64,000 nucleotides of DNA from an uncultured virus (IMG/VR IMGVR_UViG_3300027573_000025). Its lineage: Duplodnaviria; Heunggongvirae; Uroviricota; Caudoviricetes. The notes below the pieces were generated by a model. The model was given only the letters and a program-made list of their open reading frames with translations. It was not told the DNA's origin and did not search any database. The position numbers and the translations under genes were made by a program. Numbering within the stretch: position 1 is the first letter of the stretch; every line of letters begins with the position of its first letter. Shown one piece after another: positions 48,314 to 58,210 of the stretch. The stretch is taken from the IMG/VR virus record IMGVR_UViG_3300027573_000025. One strand, given 5' to 3'.

Positions 48314-49381
48314 ATGGACAAAGTCGACGCGGAAGAATTTACTAAATCACTAGGTCAAATTGTCGGCGGGTCGATGCGGCAGATTGAACTGGCAGACAAA
48401 CTAGGCGTGCCGAAGGCTTTGGGAATGAAGCTGCCCGAATGGGTGAACGAACACCTTGGCGGCTATGCGAAACTCGCCAAGCAGGACCGCATCAAACTGA
48501 TTCTTGAGTACAAGACTGAGGAGAAACTTAGCACGCGCAAGATTGCCGAACGGTTAGGAGTCGGCAAGGATACAGTGCGCCGTGATTTAAATGGCGCAAA
48601 TGCGCCAGCCATAGATGAGGAAAGTGAGTTAGATCAAGGCACCGTTGACGACGAAAATGCAGAGAGTGGCGCAAATGCGCCAGCTACACCCTCCACCAAA
48701 GCCGCCCGCACCCGGACAGCGCACGAACAGATAGCCAAGTTCGCCTTCGATCAGCCAGCGGCGCCGGTGCCGGATGGCGATGCTATTCGCTTGGGTGATT
48801 TCTACGAATTATCGGCAGAGATAAAAGACGACACGGTAGACTTGATTTTTACCGATCCGCCCTACGACGACGAATCGTTAAAGTTGTTTGACCGCATGGG
48901 TGAAGTGGCAGCGCGTATTTTAAAGCCAGGCGCCAGTCTCGTCACCTATCTCGGACACATGCAGATATTGGAGGCCGGTCGACTTCTTTCAAAACATATT
49001 CGCTTTTGGCACCCGCTGTGCTGCATGCACGCCGGACCGTTTGCCAGGATGACCGAGTACGGAGTTATCGAGTCATTTAAGCCGATGCTGTGGTTCGTGA
49101 AGGGGACACGCAGCGACAAACACACATTCATTACCAGCGCCATCAGCGGCGCGCGAGAGAAAGATCATCACGAGTGGCAGCAGGCAGAAAGTGAAGCCGC
49201 TTACTTCATCGAGAATCTTAGTCCAAAAGGCGGACTAGTTGTTGACTTTTTTGCAGGCGGGGGAACGACAATAGTTGCCGCAATGGCACTTGGTCGACTG
49301 GTTATCGGTTACGAGATAGAAAAACGCCACTGGATAAAAGCCAATGACAGAATAAGGAAATCACATGACTCGCAGATTTAA
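48314..49381 (+). CDS. HTH-fused N4/N6 DNA methyltransferase (beta class)
   Basis: LSTRKIAERLGV HTH; DLIFTDPPY before VDFFAGGGTT; AGGAG RBS. Confidence 0.88.
   Translation: MDKVDAEEFTKSLGQIVGGSMRQIELADKLGVPKALGMKLPEWVNEHLGGYAKLAKQDRIKLILEYKTEEKLSTRKIAERLGVGKDTVRRDLNGANAPAIDEESELDQGTVDDENAESGANAPATPSTKAARTRTAHEQIAKFAFDQPAAPVPDGDAIRLGDFYELSAEIKDDTVDLIFTDPPYDDESLKLFDRMGEVAARILKPGASLVTYLGHMQILEAGRLLSKHIRFWHPLCCMHAGPFARMTEYGVIESFKPMLWFVKGTRSDKHTFITSAISGAREKDHHEWQQAESEAAYFIENLSPKGGLVVDFFAGGGTTIVAAMALGRLVIGYEIEKRHWIKANDRIRKSHDSQI
48592..48684. repeat. Two copies of palindrome TGGCGCAAATGCGCCA (18-bp direct repeat)
   Basis: 48592-48607 and 48667-48682. Confidence 0.85.
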
Positions 49382-49928
49382 TACTTACTTCACTTGCGAA
49401 CATTGCGGCAAGCGGTCAACAGCGGAAAGCGGCTTCGGTCGTTGGATGCGCAACAACAGCGAGTTAGACTCCGGCGCCGGAATTGTGAGAACCGACACCG
49501 ACCACACTATCCTGCGATATAAAACTCACGACCAGGGACGAGATTTTCAACTGATAATGGACGTTGAAGTAAAAGAACACGGCAGCGAACCAGACCAATG
49601 CCAGATAGACATTTGTAATTTCAAACATCAACTAGCAATCAAGTGGTTGAAAAACATGCACGGGTCGAAAACAATTTACACTCACAAATTAAAATCGGCT
49701 ATGTCGGGGAGATTGGTGCGGGTAAGATACTTCGGATTTCACTTGCTACAGTTTGAAAAAACCAACCCCTCTGATTCAACTTGGATAAAGTGGGATAGGC
49801 GCGTCATAAACACCAGACAACTTATCTCGCTTCTGACATTCGAGACACATCCGTACAAACTAGACAAAAGACTCGATACGTTTCTTCGAGATAGGCACAA
49901 ACAGGAACCGCTTTTATTATCGAAGTGA
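49365..49928 (+). CDS. Putative PD-(D/E)xK nuclease-like protein
   Basis: TDTD...DVEVK...Q motif, N-terminal CxxC, coupled to the MTase. Confidence 0.5.
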   Translation: MTRRFNTYFTCEHCGKRSTAESGFGRWMRNNSELDSGAGIVRTDTDHTILRYKTHDQGRDFQLIMDVEVKEHGSEPDQCQIDICNFKHQLAIKWLKNMHGSKTIYTHKLKSAMSGRLVRVRYFGFHLLQFEKTNPSDSTWIKWDRRVINTRQLISLLTFETHPYKLDKRLDTFLRDRHKQEPLLLSK

Positions 49929-51533
49929 ACTAGGTTGCCGGTCGTCCTGATTAAGGTTAGTCAACACCTTAAGCGGGCGACCGGCATTCTCATTCATTCC
50001 CGGCACGCCGTAACGTGATAGCAGGTAAGTAAACGCATCGCCAAGGTCGGAGAAGATACTCGGCTTCTTGGGCAGTGCCGAGCGCAGCTCTCCGGTTGGG
50101 GACTTGGCATAGTACCAACGCCCGTCAAGTGCCCTTATCAAGTCCTTGGTGTAGGGTCCATCCTCGACGATAACGAACCGCTTGCGGTCAAAACTCCTGA
50201 CCAGAATATCCTTGCGCACAGGCCACTGAACCGGCCCAGGCTCGAACCAGCCACCGCCTAGCATACTTTCGATCATCTTCAAGGCGGCATTCTCGATGTC
50301 GGCTTCCGATCCCTTCATTTTCTCCATGGTACCCTGGCTAGGGTCAAAGCCGACAAAGGCAAAGGTATCGGGGTCTCTCAGCACCCAAGGCGCAAAGCGC
50401 CCTAACCACGGAGTCACCATTTCTTCCATCAACTGCTTCATGCCGGCGCCCTTGATGAACAAGCCGGCCTTTACCCTAAGCGACCGATCGAGATACTGCG
50501 CTATGACGCAGGTAGGGGTATGGCCGAAGTCAAAACCCATGTATACCGGCTCTCCCGGCAGGCAGGGAATGATCTCGTTACTGGTATTGTCGTGGCGGGT
50601 AAAGCCCTGGGCGACCTGATCGCCCATCATAAGCACGCCGGGCTGACCCAAGATAAGCCTTCTCACCAAGTCCGGTCTATTCGCCAGCGAGTCCACCCAC
50701 CCTAACCGATCGCTCTCAGAGGCACGCTCACCGGCTGGCACCCTAAACCACTGGGCATTCTTGACCGTCGACGACACCCCCATGCACATCTCCAACGGAC
50801 TGCCTTGGGGGTAATCGTTGAAAACCGCCGGCCAGGGAAGTCTCATCTTGTTGAATATCTCACGGAATTGCTCAGGATGGGCAAACACCGGATCGTAAGT
50901 AGGGTTAGCCCGCTGCCATGTCCAATGATCCTCGTCGGGGTAGTTTTCCGTCGTCACCGCCGGATAGAAATGCGACGGTATGCGCCCGCTGGACTGTGAG
51001 GTCAACCCCAGGTTCCAGGCATCCTCACTTACCCCGCTACTCGTCACCATGACCGCGGACGGCGCCGGCTCCTCAAACCATATCCCCACGGTCTCCATCC
51101 TCATCCGGTCCATCGCCCCCTGATCCTCAATCCCAAACAGATCAACCCGTACAAGAGGAGTTCCAGCAAGGTAGAAAGTAGCCACATGATCGTTGTCACT
51201 AAGTCGCCAACCCCCCTTAAATATCGCATTCTCGAAGCTTTTAATGGTTTTCTGTTTGTGGGAGGTAAAGGTATCGGTTACTCCGACCCAGGGAACGGGG
51301 AGGGGAAACCCCGCCGCATGGTGCGCCCTGGCGTGCTCTATCGCCCCGACCATCCACCCGATCGTCTTACCGTCCCCCCGAGTCCCAAAGCAGAATATCT
51401 CCCGCCTATCCGGATGCTTCCCCCCATCCCTGATGGTCTGGACAAACTCGGCCACGACAGGCTGCTCCATGAAGCTGATCTCAGCCTTCTGGTTTGCCTG
51501 ACGGGGGTCTATCTTGTGACGGAGTTTGGGCAT
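49917..51533 (-). CDS. terL: Terminase large subunit (copy B)
   Basis: GTRGDGKT, WFEE and GFDFG motifs. Confidence 0.9.
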   Translation of the reverse strand: MPKLRHKIDPRQANQKAEISFMEQPVVAEFVQTIRDGGKHPDRREIFCFGTRGDGKTIGWMVGAIEHARAHHAAGFPLPVPWVGVTDTFTSHKQKTIKSFENAIFKGGWRLSDNDHVATFYLAGTPLVRVDLFGIEDQGAMDRMRMETVGIWFEEPAPSAVMVTSSGVSEDAWNLGLTSQSSGRIPSHFYPAVTTENYPDEDHWTWQRANPTYDPVFAHPEQFREIFNKMRLPWPAVFNDYPQGSPLEMCMGVSSTVKNAQWFRVPAGERASESDRLGWVDSLANRPDLVRRLILGQPGVLMMGDQVAQGFTRHDNTSNEIIPCLPGEPVYMGFDFGHTPTCVIAQYLDRSLRVKAGLFIKGAGMKQLMEEMVTPWLGRFAPWVLRDPDTFAFVGFDPSQGTMEKMKGSEADIENAALKMIESMLGGGWFEPGPVQWPVRKDILVRSFDRKRFVIVEDGPYTKDLIRALDGRWYYAKSPTGELRSALPKKPSIFSDLGDAFTYLLSRYGVPGMNENAGRPLKVLTNLNQDDRQPSSLR

Positions 51534-51537
51534 TCAA

Positions 51538-51729
51538 TTACTTCTCTGGAACACTTATCAGCTTGGCATGCTCAGGACAAAACTCCACACTGGTAAATGG
51601 ACTGTGATGACCTATATCCCTCGATAACGTCAGCCATCCAGTTTTACTATCAAGTATTTCTCCAGCATGTATCTCCATCGAAGCATCACACCCCTTGAAG
51701 TCACACCTGATAATTACCTTATGGGACAT
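51538..51729 (-). CDS. Small Cys/His hypothetical protein, copy-B insertion
   Basis: AAGGAG RBS; CD..GC...FCPEH. Confidence 0.7.
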   Translation of the reverse strand: MSHKVIIRCDFKGCDASMEIHAGEILDSKTGWLTLSRDIGHHSPFTSVEFCPEHAKLISVPEK

Positions 51730-51781
51730 CGGATAACTCCTTGTGCTGCCTGGGGTCTATCTTGTGGCGGAGTTTAGGCAT
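51719..51781 (-). pseudogene. Duplicated terL 5' end (20-aa mini-ORF)
   Basis: MPKLRHKIDPRQ identical to TerL residues 1-12, then diverges to a stop. Confidence 0.75.
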
Positions 51782-52400
51782 GGGACTCCCTCGGACTATA
51801 AGCCCAGGCGATATGCCGAGAAAGCGGGTAGGGTATCTTGGCTATTATGGCCGAGGCTTGCTTGCGCCCTGATGACTTGGAATTACCACGGCGCATTGGG
51901 GTGTTATTCCATCCAAACGATCCGCCATATCCGCCAAGACCATCCTGCACGGACTTAAACTCCCGCTGACCCATTGGCATCAACGCCGGCACATCCCCCC
52001 ACAAATAAAAACTCCCGTAATGCCACTTCGCCCTTCCCACCCACTTCTGCGCACCCCGGACATTCTCCACCACCATCGGTATCCTATGCCCAGCCGCATC
52101 GCTCGCCTCACACTGAATCCGAAAGCACGCCTCGAATAAGCTATTATCGGGAGGCGGCAACGCCTTGGCCCTACTCCACGGCATAGCCCTATAGCTATAC
52201 CCCTGACACGGTGGACTCGCCACTATCAACGCGACATCCTTGAACTGTCTCCCATGAAGCGTCATCACGTCCTGAATCACCAACTGCCCAGGATACTCCC
52301 TACGCTCAATGTCGAACCCAACCACATCGAAGCCCTCAGCCAGCAAACCCTCTGTCCAGCCCCCCAACCCACAGAATAAGTCAATGGCTAACGGCTTCAT
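51774..52400 (-). CDS. Short C5 cytosine DNA methyltransferase-like protein
   Basis: DLFCGLGG, SPPCQ and VENV motifs. Confidence 0.85.
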   Translation of the reverse strand: MKPLAIDLFCGLGGWTEGLLAEGFDVVGFDIERREYPGQLVIQDVMTLHGRQFKDVALIVASPPCQGYSYRAMPWSRAKALPPPDNSLFEACFRIQCEASDAAGHRIPMVVENVRGAQKWVGRAKWHYGSFYLWGDVPALMPMGQREFKSVQDGLGGYGGSFGWNNTPMRRGNSKSSGRKQASAIIAKIPYPLSRHIAWAYSPRESHA

Positions 52401-52520
52401 ACTTCCTCAAAGTGTTGCTTAAATGGCAATGGTGGGCGTTGTAGGGGTACTGTCGTCGTGGTCGCTAAGTGAAGCATGGACCCTTGATAGTTTAAAATGG
52501 GGGAAATGGGAAGGGGACTA

Positions 52521-52626
52521 CTTAACGTGGAGGCGTATGGCCCTAAAAAAGGGGTCCCACCCCTCACCTCGTAGGCAAAACAACCCCCCCCATGCCACTA
52601 CTACCAGCACCACACTCCACACTCCC
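52521..52626. other. Conserved non-coding block, candidate packaging site (copy B)
   Basis: Matches 6540-6645. Confidence 0.45.
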
Positions 52627-52728
52627 TGTTCTACTCCTGAACACATAGAGATAACGCTATGTTTACATAATATACCATATCAGACACGATTAACTGAGGT
52701 ATATCATGGAGTTACAGCTATCAAACAA

Positions 52729-53259
52729 CTAAGGCTTTATGGGGTTTATTATCGTAGCTTCTTCAGGGTCATTACCTAATTTACTAAGGCCATTATCGGG
52801 TGTTATTGCCCTATTTCCTGAGGATGGATAAGAAATAGCTAATGCTACTGGTCCAACTGAATTCAAGCTAAACCCTTCTCTATATTGAGGTTTTAAGCCT
52901 TTTAGGAGTGCAATACGCTCGGAGGAAAACACTTCCCTGATATTACCTGTTACCTTACCTTTATAGACTATCGGCACCTCTCTACCTTCGATAGCATCAG
53001 CCAACATCTTACCCTCTAGAGTATCACCTAGTATATCCTTAGCGTATTCAACAGCTTGTTTATAATCAGGTTGTTGCATCCACCGATAATGTGATCTCCA
53101 TTCAACGTCAGCTACCTTAGCTGCACGCTCGACCATGAAGGACGTTCTGAGTAGACCTGATATGAACTTAAGCTGACGAGGTTTTAGAGGTTTGAATACT
53201 GCTATGCGTTTGAGTTGATATGCACCTGGTAGGGAAACTGCATTATTGGCTGGAGGCAT
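52729..53259 (-). CDS. terS: Terminase small subunit (copy B)
   Basis: LLKGLKPQYRE motif; C-terminus shared with copy A TerS. Confidence 0.8.
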   Translation of the reverse strand: MPPANNAVSLPGAYQLKRIAVFKPLKPRQLKFISGLLRTSFMVERAAKVADVEWRSHYRWMQQPDYKQAVEYAKDILGDTLEGKMLADAIEGREVPIVYKGKVTGNIREVFSSERIALLKGLKPQYREGFSLNSVGPVALAISYPSSGNRAITPDNGLSKLGNDPEEATIINPIKP

Positions 53260-53262
53260 TAT

Positions 53263-53856
53263 TCAGTGTCCATTACCACGGCCAAGCCCGGCAATGTCTA
53301 AAATGCTCGCAGCCGGCGCAAGGTCCTTGTTTTGTTCTATGATGCTATCCATGTATTTAAGTGCTTCGCATTTCTGTCTTGGGGGTTTATTCCTACTTAC
53401 CTGCTCCGAGTCTTCATTCTTAATTGCCAATTTAATTGGCTCTTCGCTCTGAGACTTAGGTTTAATTAATGGTTTATATGATGGTTCTGTGGTCGTTTGG
53501 CGACCCACCCTTGGGTCGGCTGGCGACCCACCCCCGGTCACTTGGCGACCCACCCCCCCCGCACTGCGTTGGACTGGTAGGCAGTCACTGGCGAGTATAT
53601 TGAGGTGATAAACGTGAGGCAATTGCACGCCATCCTTGAAACGTTCCTGGATAGTCAACAGATCCAATGCCACTAACTTCTTAATATTCTCTTTAATGGC
53701 AGTTCTGGACAGCTCGCAATGCTGCTCCATGTAACGATGAGACGGCCAACATACGCCATCGTCGTTGGCATTATCGGCAAGCTTGATAAGTACAAGCTTG
53801 GCTGAGGCACTGCCGACCTTCTGCTCGAATGCCCAGTTTATCGCTCGAATGCTCAT
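53263..53856 (-). CDS. Phage replication initiator, winged-HTH type
   Basis: MSIRAINWA...KLVLIKLADNANDDGVCWPS is a typical phage Rep N-terminus; internal iterons. Confidence 0.88.
   Translation of the reverse strand: MSIRAINWAFEQKVGSASAKLVLIKLADNANDDGVCWPSHRYMEQHCELSRTAIKENIKKLVALDLLTIQERFKDGVQLPHVYHLNILASDCLPVQRSAGGVGRQVTGGGSPADPRVGRQTTTEPSYKPLIKPKSQSEEPIKLAIKNEDSEQVSRNKPPRQKCEALKYMDSIIEQNKDLAPAASILDIAGLGRGNGH
53461..53555. repeat. Iterons and AT-rich tract, probable replication origin within rep
   Basis: TGGCGACCCACCC at 53498, 53521 and 53543 (22-23 bp period) next to TTTAATTAAT. Confidence 0.8.
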
Positions 53857-53995
53857 TTTAACCCCCTGCAAGGTTAGGCAGAGGGCGGGAGTGCAGGCTC
53901 CCGCCATGCCATTGATATTACTGACCCCACAATACGCTAGTTTTATCGCTCTCTAATGTCAACCATAAATTCATCGGGCATTCCTGAGAAAACAA

Positions 53996-54075
53996 GGCAT
54001 TATTGCCTGACTCAATAATATCGCATACTTACAAGCCAAGTGATAGCTAGTGCAAATAAACATGGCACTATTGCC
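53996..54075. promoter_or_regulatory. Pair of GGCA-N4-TGCC palindromes (copy B)
   Basis: 53996-54007 and 54064-54075. Confidence 0.6.
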
Positions 54076-54142
54076 TGAATTTCCTTGACTGCTACGCTAT
54101 GTGAATGTAATGTTATTGCGCACTTAGACTTGCGCTGTTATC

Positions 54143-54158
54143 TGGCATGAGTCCTGCT
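54143..54158 (+). promoter_or_regulatory. Sigma-54-type promoter (copy B)
   Basis: Identical to 7929-7944. Confidence 0.65.
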
Positions 54159-54186
54159 TTAATGGGAGTGCAAAGGGGGAACGAAA

Positions 54187-54366
54187 ATGGAAAAACTAGC
54201 ATTGACATATGAAGACTTCTCTAAGGAAACTGGCTGGCTTGCGCAGTATGTTAGGACATTCGACAAAGGGCTTTTAGCATACTCAGACAATGCTATCTAT
54301 ATCGCCACTTGGAATGATGCTTTTGCGATGGATATGAACAATCAACGATGGAAACTAGGTTTCTAA
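54187..54366 (+). CDS. 59-aa early hypothetical protein
   Basis: GGGGG RBS; hand-translated open frame below the track cutoff. Confidence 0.6.
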   Translation: MEKLALTYEDFSKETGWLAQYVRTFDKGLLAYSDNAIYIATWNDAFAMDMNNQRWKLGF

Positions 54367-54420
54367 CACCAACGTGCTCAACACCCGCTGCCAAGCGGGA
54401 GAATGGAAAGGGAGAAAGAA

Positions 54421-55314
54421 ATGGATGTTTACAAAATGATAACGGACAGAGTAGTCGAGTCATTAGAGAAAGGCGCCGTACCTTGGCAAAAACCGTGGGC
54501 TGGCGGCAAGTCTGGAATGCCTCGTAATTTTGTCTCGACAAAGGCATATCGTGGTATCAATGTTTTCTTACTATCCTACACTTCGCATTGCTTAGGATAC
54601 CAGTCCCCGTTTTGGGTGTCGTATAAGCAAGCCGCAAGTCTCGGTGGTAATGTCCGCAAAGGTGAAAAGTCTCAATGTCCTGTCGTGTTCTTTAGTACCA
54701 TTGAGAAGAAAGAAGTTAACGAAGACGGTGAACATGATACCTTTGCAATGCTTCGCTACACTCCAATGTTCAACACGGACCAATGCGAAGGTCTCAAGGT
54801 TCCAGACTTGAGTGAAGCACCCAAGAAAGACCATGAGAAGATAGACTCAGCGGAAAAGATAGTCGCCGCCATGCCATGCGCGCCAACCATCAATGTAAGA
54901 CCGTCTAACAAAGCATTTTACTCGCCGCTTAATGACTCGGTTACGGTTCCCGAACTTGGTCAATTCGATAACCCTGAATTGTTCTATGCGACGTTATTCC
55001 ATGAACTAGGGCATAGCACTGGGCATGAGACGCGGCTGAACCGTGACTTGAACAACCAACATGGGTTTGGTTCCCATGAGTATAGCAAAGAAGAGCTAGT
55101 CGCTGAGTTCTGCGCATCTTACCTATGCGGCATCGCTGGCATTGAGAACCGCACTCTTGAGAACCAAGCCGCTTACATCAATTGTTGGTTGACCATCCTT
55201 AAAGACCAGAAGCAAAAGAAATGGTTGACATGGGCGGCGTCTCAAGCACAAAAAGCGGCTGACTATATTCAAGGCATAACTGCGGTCAAGACTGATGAGC
55301 AGATAGCCGCTTAG
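54421..55314 (+). CDS. ardC: ArdC-family antirestriction / ssDNA-binding protein
   Basis: PWQKPW, YRGIN, VRKGEK, FHELGHSTG and EELVAE motifs. Confidence 0.9.
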   Translation: MDVYKMITDRVVESLEKGAVPWQKPWAGGKSGMPRNFVSTKAYRGINVFLLSYTSHCLGYQSPFWVSYKQAASLGGNVRKGEKSQCPVVFFSTIEKKEVNEDGEHDTFAMLRYTPMFNTDQCEGLKVPDLSEAPKKDHEKIDSAEKIVAAMPCAPTINVRPSNKAFYSPLNDSVTVPELGQFDNPELFYATLFHELGHSTGHETRLNRDLNNQHGFGSHEYSKEELVAEFCASYLCGIAGIENRTLENQAAYINCWLTILKDQKQKKWLTWAASQAQKAADYIQGITAVKTDEQIAA

Positions 55315-55425
55315 CCTTGCCCCTCGTCCCTTTCCAGGGGCAAGCGCCGTGAGTCTGGCAACTCACCAAGCCCGCCGGCGATACGGGCGGGCATTAAACT
55401 AACTCAAGAGGACGGAGGCAAAACC
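55312..55425 (+). promoter_or_regulatory. Three-hairpin structured intergenic element (copy B)
   Basis: Homolog of 9117-9229 with covariation. Confidence 0.65.
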
Positions 55426-55710
55426 ATGAAAACTCCTAACTGCACACAATTAGATTCCCTGCTGGCTATGGCGCCAGGCGAAGCATTCCAGGACCGTGAT
55501 TCATGGCGCAAGTTGGCGTTTTGGGCTGAAGAACAATACTCGTCAGTCGAGGCCCAGCGCGACGAACTTGCGGACGCAGTACGCACGCTATTGAATATAG
55601 AAGGTCCGGCCAAACATGGCGCAACATTCAAAGCATGGCATGGCCTTGACGTTGAATGGCATTTCAACAAAGCCCGCGCCGCCCTCGCCAAACTGGAGGC
55701 AAAGAAATGA
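55426..55710 (+). CDS. Early hypothetical protein, copy-B-specific
   Basis: GGAGG RBS; ARAALAK C-terminus. Confidence 0.7.
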   Translation: MKTPNCTQLDSLLAMAPGEAFQDRDSWRKLAFWAEEQYSSVEAQRDELADAVRTLLNIEGPAKHGATFKAWHGLDVEWHFNKARAALAKLEAKK

Positions 55711-55841
55711 AAGACCTAGACGTTTACCTGCTGCTATTCCTAGTTATCATCGGCATCGGCTCATGTAGCATTTACAACGTCACCAAGGTCGATGCCGAGG
55801 TGACGCGCATGATTGAGCAGTCCCTACAGGTGAAACGATGA
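55707..55841 (+). CDS. Small membrane protein (copy B)
   Basis: Homolog of 9230-9364. Confidence 0.65.
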   Translation: MKDLDVYLLLFLVIIGIGSCSIYNVTKVDAEVTRMIEQSLQVKR

Positions 55842-56047
55842 TAAAGTCAGGCGCCGATCTTCGCCATGAGCGTAAAGCCCTGGGCATAACTCAAACTAAG
55901 TTTGCCCAGGTGTGTGACGTAGCCAGGAATACCATTATCGAGTGGGAGAAACGAGACAAGCTCCCTTTTGTCCTGGCCCTTGGGCTAACTCAATTAACTC
56001 AACAATTGACCTTGAGACAGATAATAGGAGGCCAGGATGAAACTTGA
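55838..56047 (+). CDS. Cro/XRE HTH protein (copy B)
   Basis: Homolog of 9545-9763. Confidence 0.85.
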   Translation: MIKSGADLRHERKALGITQTKFAQVCDVARNTIIEWEKRDKLPFVLALGLTQLTQQLTLRQIIGGQDET

Positions 56048-56146
56048 AAGAGGATCGCCGCTAGGACCAATTATCGGGCTGGCGTTTTGCCTGATGTTTT
56101 GGGCTTTGGTGTGGGCGTTTATCAGCGCGCTGGTATGAGGGGTGAA

Positions 56147-56332
56147 ATGACAAAGAAAACCATCCTTGAACTCATCACGTTAATGGCGAGTTTCAAAACC
56201 ACGGCATCGGCAACAATAGCCGATATGGGCGACTATGACAAGATTTTATCAGGCACTAAAAACAGCGGCAAGCTGCGCCGACTATCGCTGGACATTACCC
56301 GCAAGCTGGCCGAGTTGCGCGCTGGCAAATAA
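56147..56332 (+). CDS. Hypothetical protein (copy B)
   Basis: Homolog of 9863-10048. Confidence 0.7.
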   Translation: MTKKTILELITLMASFKTTASATIADMGDYDKILSGTKNSGKLRRLSLDITRKLAELRAGK

Positions 56333-56348
56333 GGACGGAGGCAAGTTT

Positions 56349-56621
56349 ATGGCAAGACAACAGTGTCAATTTTGTAGCATATATTACACCCCGCCTAAAT
56401 TCTATCGGTCCCCTAGCCAGTCCTGTGATAGATGCTGGCTGGAGATTAACGCGCAACTATCAAGGGAAGGAAGCAAAATGAAAGAATATCCGCATGAATG
56501 CGATACCGACTACGAATATGAAAAGATTGGGGAGGCACAACGCCTAGCCCATGACGAAGGCATATGTAAGCCGCCTTGTGATTATTGCGAGGCTGAAGCC
56601 AAAGAAACGGGGGAGAAATGA
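56349..56621 (+). CDS. Cys-rich protein (copy B)
   Basis: Homolog of 10083-10361. Confidence 0.7.
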   Translation: MARQQCQFCSIYYTPPKFYRSPSQSCDRCWLEINAQLSREGSKMKEYPHECDTDYEYEKIGEAQRLAHDEGICKPPCDYCEAEAKETGEK

Positions 56622-57301
56622 GCGAGCAACTATACAGCCAAGCCCTGAGCGTTTTAGACAACGCCAAGCTGATACCGGCGGCCCGCACCGACGAGGATTA
56701 TAGCGCCCTGGGCCACTTCATTGTTCACTGTAAACGCCTTATCGCCAAGATAACCGAAGCCCATAAACCGAGTATCCAAGCTGCCCATGACTCCCACAAA
56801 GCGGCAATAGCCCTGCGGGATAGCCATGTTCAGCCCATTACCGCGGCTTTAAGGATCGTTGAGCCGCTGGCGCTGGCTTACAAGCAAGCCAAGGATGCCG
56901 AGGCATGGGCAGAGACAAATAAATTACTAGGTACTGCCCGTTGGATTAAGGAGGCCACAGCCCTAGCCGATGCCGAAGCCCTGGAAGCTATGGGCTTTGC
57001 CGAGGACGCCGATGCCAAGCTGGCCGAAGCCGTGGCCCCAACGCGCATAACGCCTATTACAAGCACGCTGCCAAAGGTGCCTGGCTTGTCTACTCGAAAA
57101 CGCTGGACAGCCCGCATAACGGACGCCAGGGCCGTCAAACGCGACTATTGCCAGCCGTCCGAGTCTGCCATCAAGGCCAAGGTCGACAATGCGTTCTATA
57201 AAGTGTCTCAAGTGACCCCGGAAATGATACAAGCATTACAGGACGAGGTTGGGGGGATCGTGGTTGAAGAAGTCGAAACGATGGTAGGACGGACGAAATG
57301 A
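56618..57301 (+). CDS. Conserved coiled-coil phage protein (copy B)
   Basis: Homolog of 10515-11198. Confidence 0.7.
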   Translation: MSEQLYSQALSVLDNAKLIPAARTDEDYSALGHFIVHCKRLIAKITEAHKPSIQAAHDSHKAAIALRDSHVQPITAALRIVEPLALAYKQAKDAEAWAETNKLLGTARWIKEATALADAEALEAMGFAEDADAKLAEAVAPTRITPITSTLPKVPGLSTRKRWTARITDARAVKRDYCQPSESAIKAKVDNAFYKVSQVTPEMIQALQDEVGGIVVEEVETMVGRTK

Positions 57302-57645
57302 GCAACCTTAGCCTGCTGGAGCGGCGCATTGTGGCTGCGGAAAAGTTAGGCGAGTCCTGGGCTGAGTTACATGCCACTTGGATGCAGCTCGACGACGCAA
57401 AAAAGAATGTCCTAGCCGCGCTTATGAATGACCTGGACGACGGCGAAAAGAGCGAGGCAAAGCTGGATAGACTGGCAAGGGGAAGCAAAGAATACAAAGA
57501 CTATTGCACTAACCTGGCACTTGCCAAAGGCGCCGAGCTAAGGGCTAAGGTCAAGTATGAGTGCGCACGCGACTACTTTGAAGCTGGACGTTCGGCGGAA
57601 GCAACGGAAAGAGCAAAATTAACGCATCTCAACCATATTCCATGA
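57298..57645 (+). CDS. Helical hypothetical protein (copy B)
   Basis: Homolog of 11682-12029. Confidence 0.65.
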   Translation: MSNLSLLERRIVAAEKLGESWAELHATWMQLDDAKKNVLAALMNDLDDGEKSEAKLDRLARGSKEYKDYCTNLALAKGAELRAKVKYECARDYFEAGRSAEATERAKLTHLNHIP

Positions 57646-57655
57646 GGGGGGAAAC

Positions 57656-58210
57656 ATGCCAATTATCGAGGTCGACGCATCAACCAAAGAGCCGAGAATA
57701 TATCAAGGTCGTAAAAAATGGGGGGTAAAACCAAAAGGCGAGGACGGCTGGTTAAATATGTTCTGTGATTTTCGACCTATGAAAAACATGCGATTTCAGG
57801 TGTCCATCAAAGAAACTCAAGGCAAAGATGGCAGGGTGTTCCGGGATGCCGAGATCATCGGTCCAGTAGGTCTAGCGCCAGACACACCACCACCGGCACC
57901 ACCACCTCAGTCACCATCCGTAGAGGCGCAATTCAATCAGCTTAAACCCAATTCATATGCCGAGGCACCACGAAATAGCAAAATTCCCTGGTCCGACTGG
58001 TCTTTAGTGTGCAGAGCCGCCCATGAGCTGGCTTGCTTGCTGGAGCCTGACGACCAAGGCGAGCATATCTGTGAGCGGTCCAATGCCAGAGCCGCCCTGG
58101 TCAATACCGTGATGATAGCTTTCAGTAACGGCAAACTGGAAACCCCGATCGAAGCCGGTCCCGTCGGTGATGGTGATGCTGAGGGCAAAGAAGATGACAT
58201 CCCCTGGTAA
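57656..58210 (+). CDS. Putative SSB (copy B)
   Basis: EDDIPW tail; homolog of 12040-12567. Confidence 0.65.
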   Translation: MPIIEVDASTKEPRIYQGRKKWGVKPKGEDGWLNMFCDFRPMKNMRFQVSIKETQGKDGRVFRDAEIIGPVGLAPDTPPPAPPPQSPSVEAQFNQLKPNSYAEAPRNSKIPWSDWSLVCRAAHELACLLEPDDQGEHICERSNARAALVNTVMIAFSNGKLETPIEAGPVGDGDAEGKEDDIPW

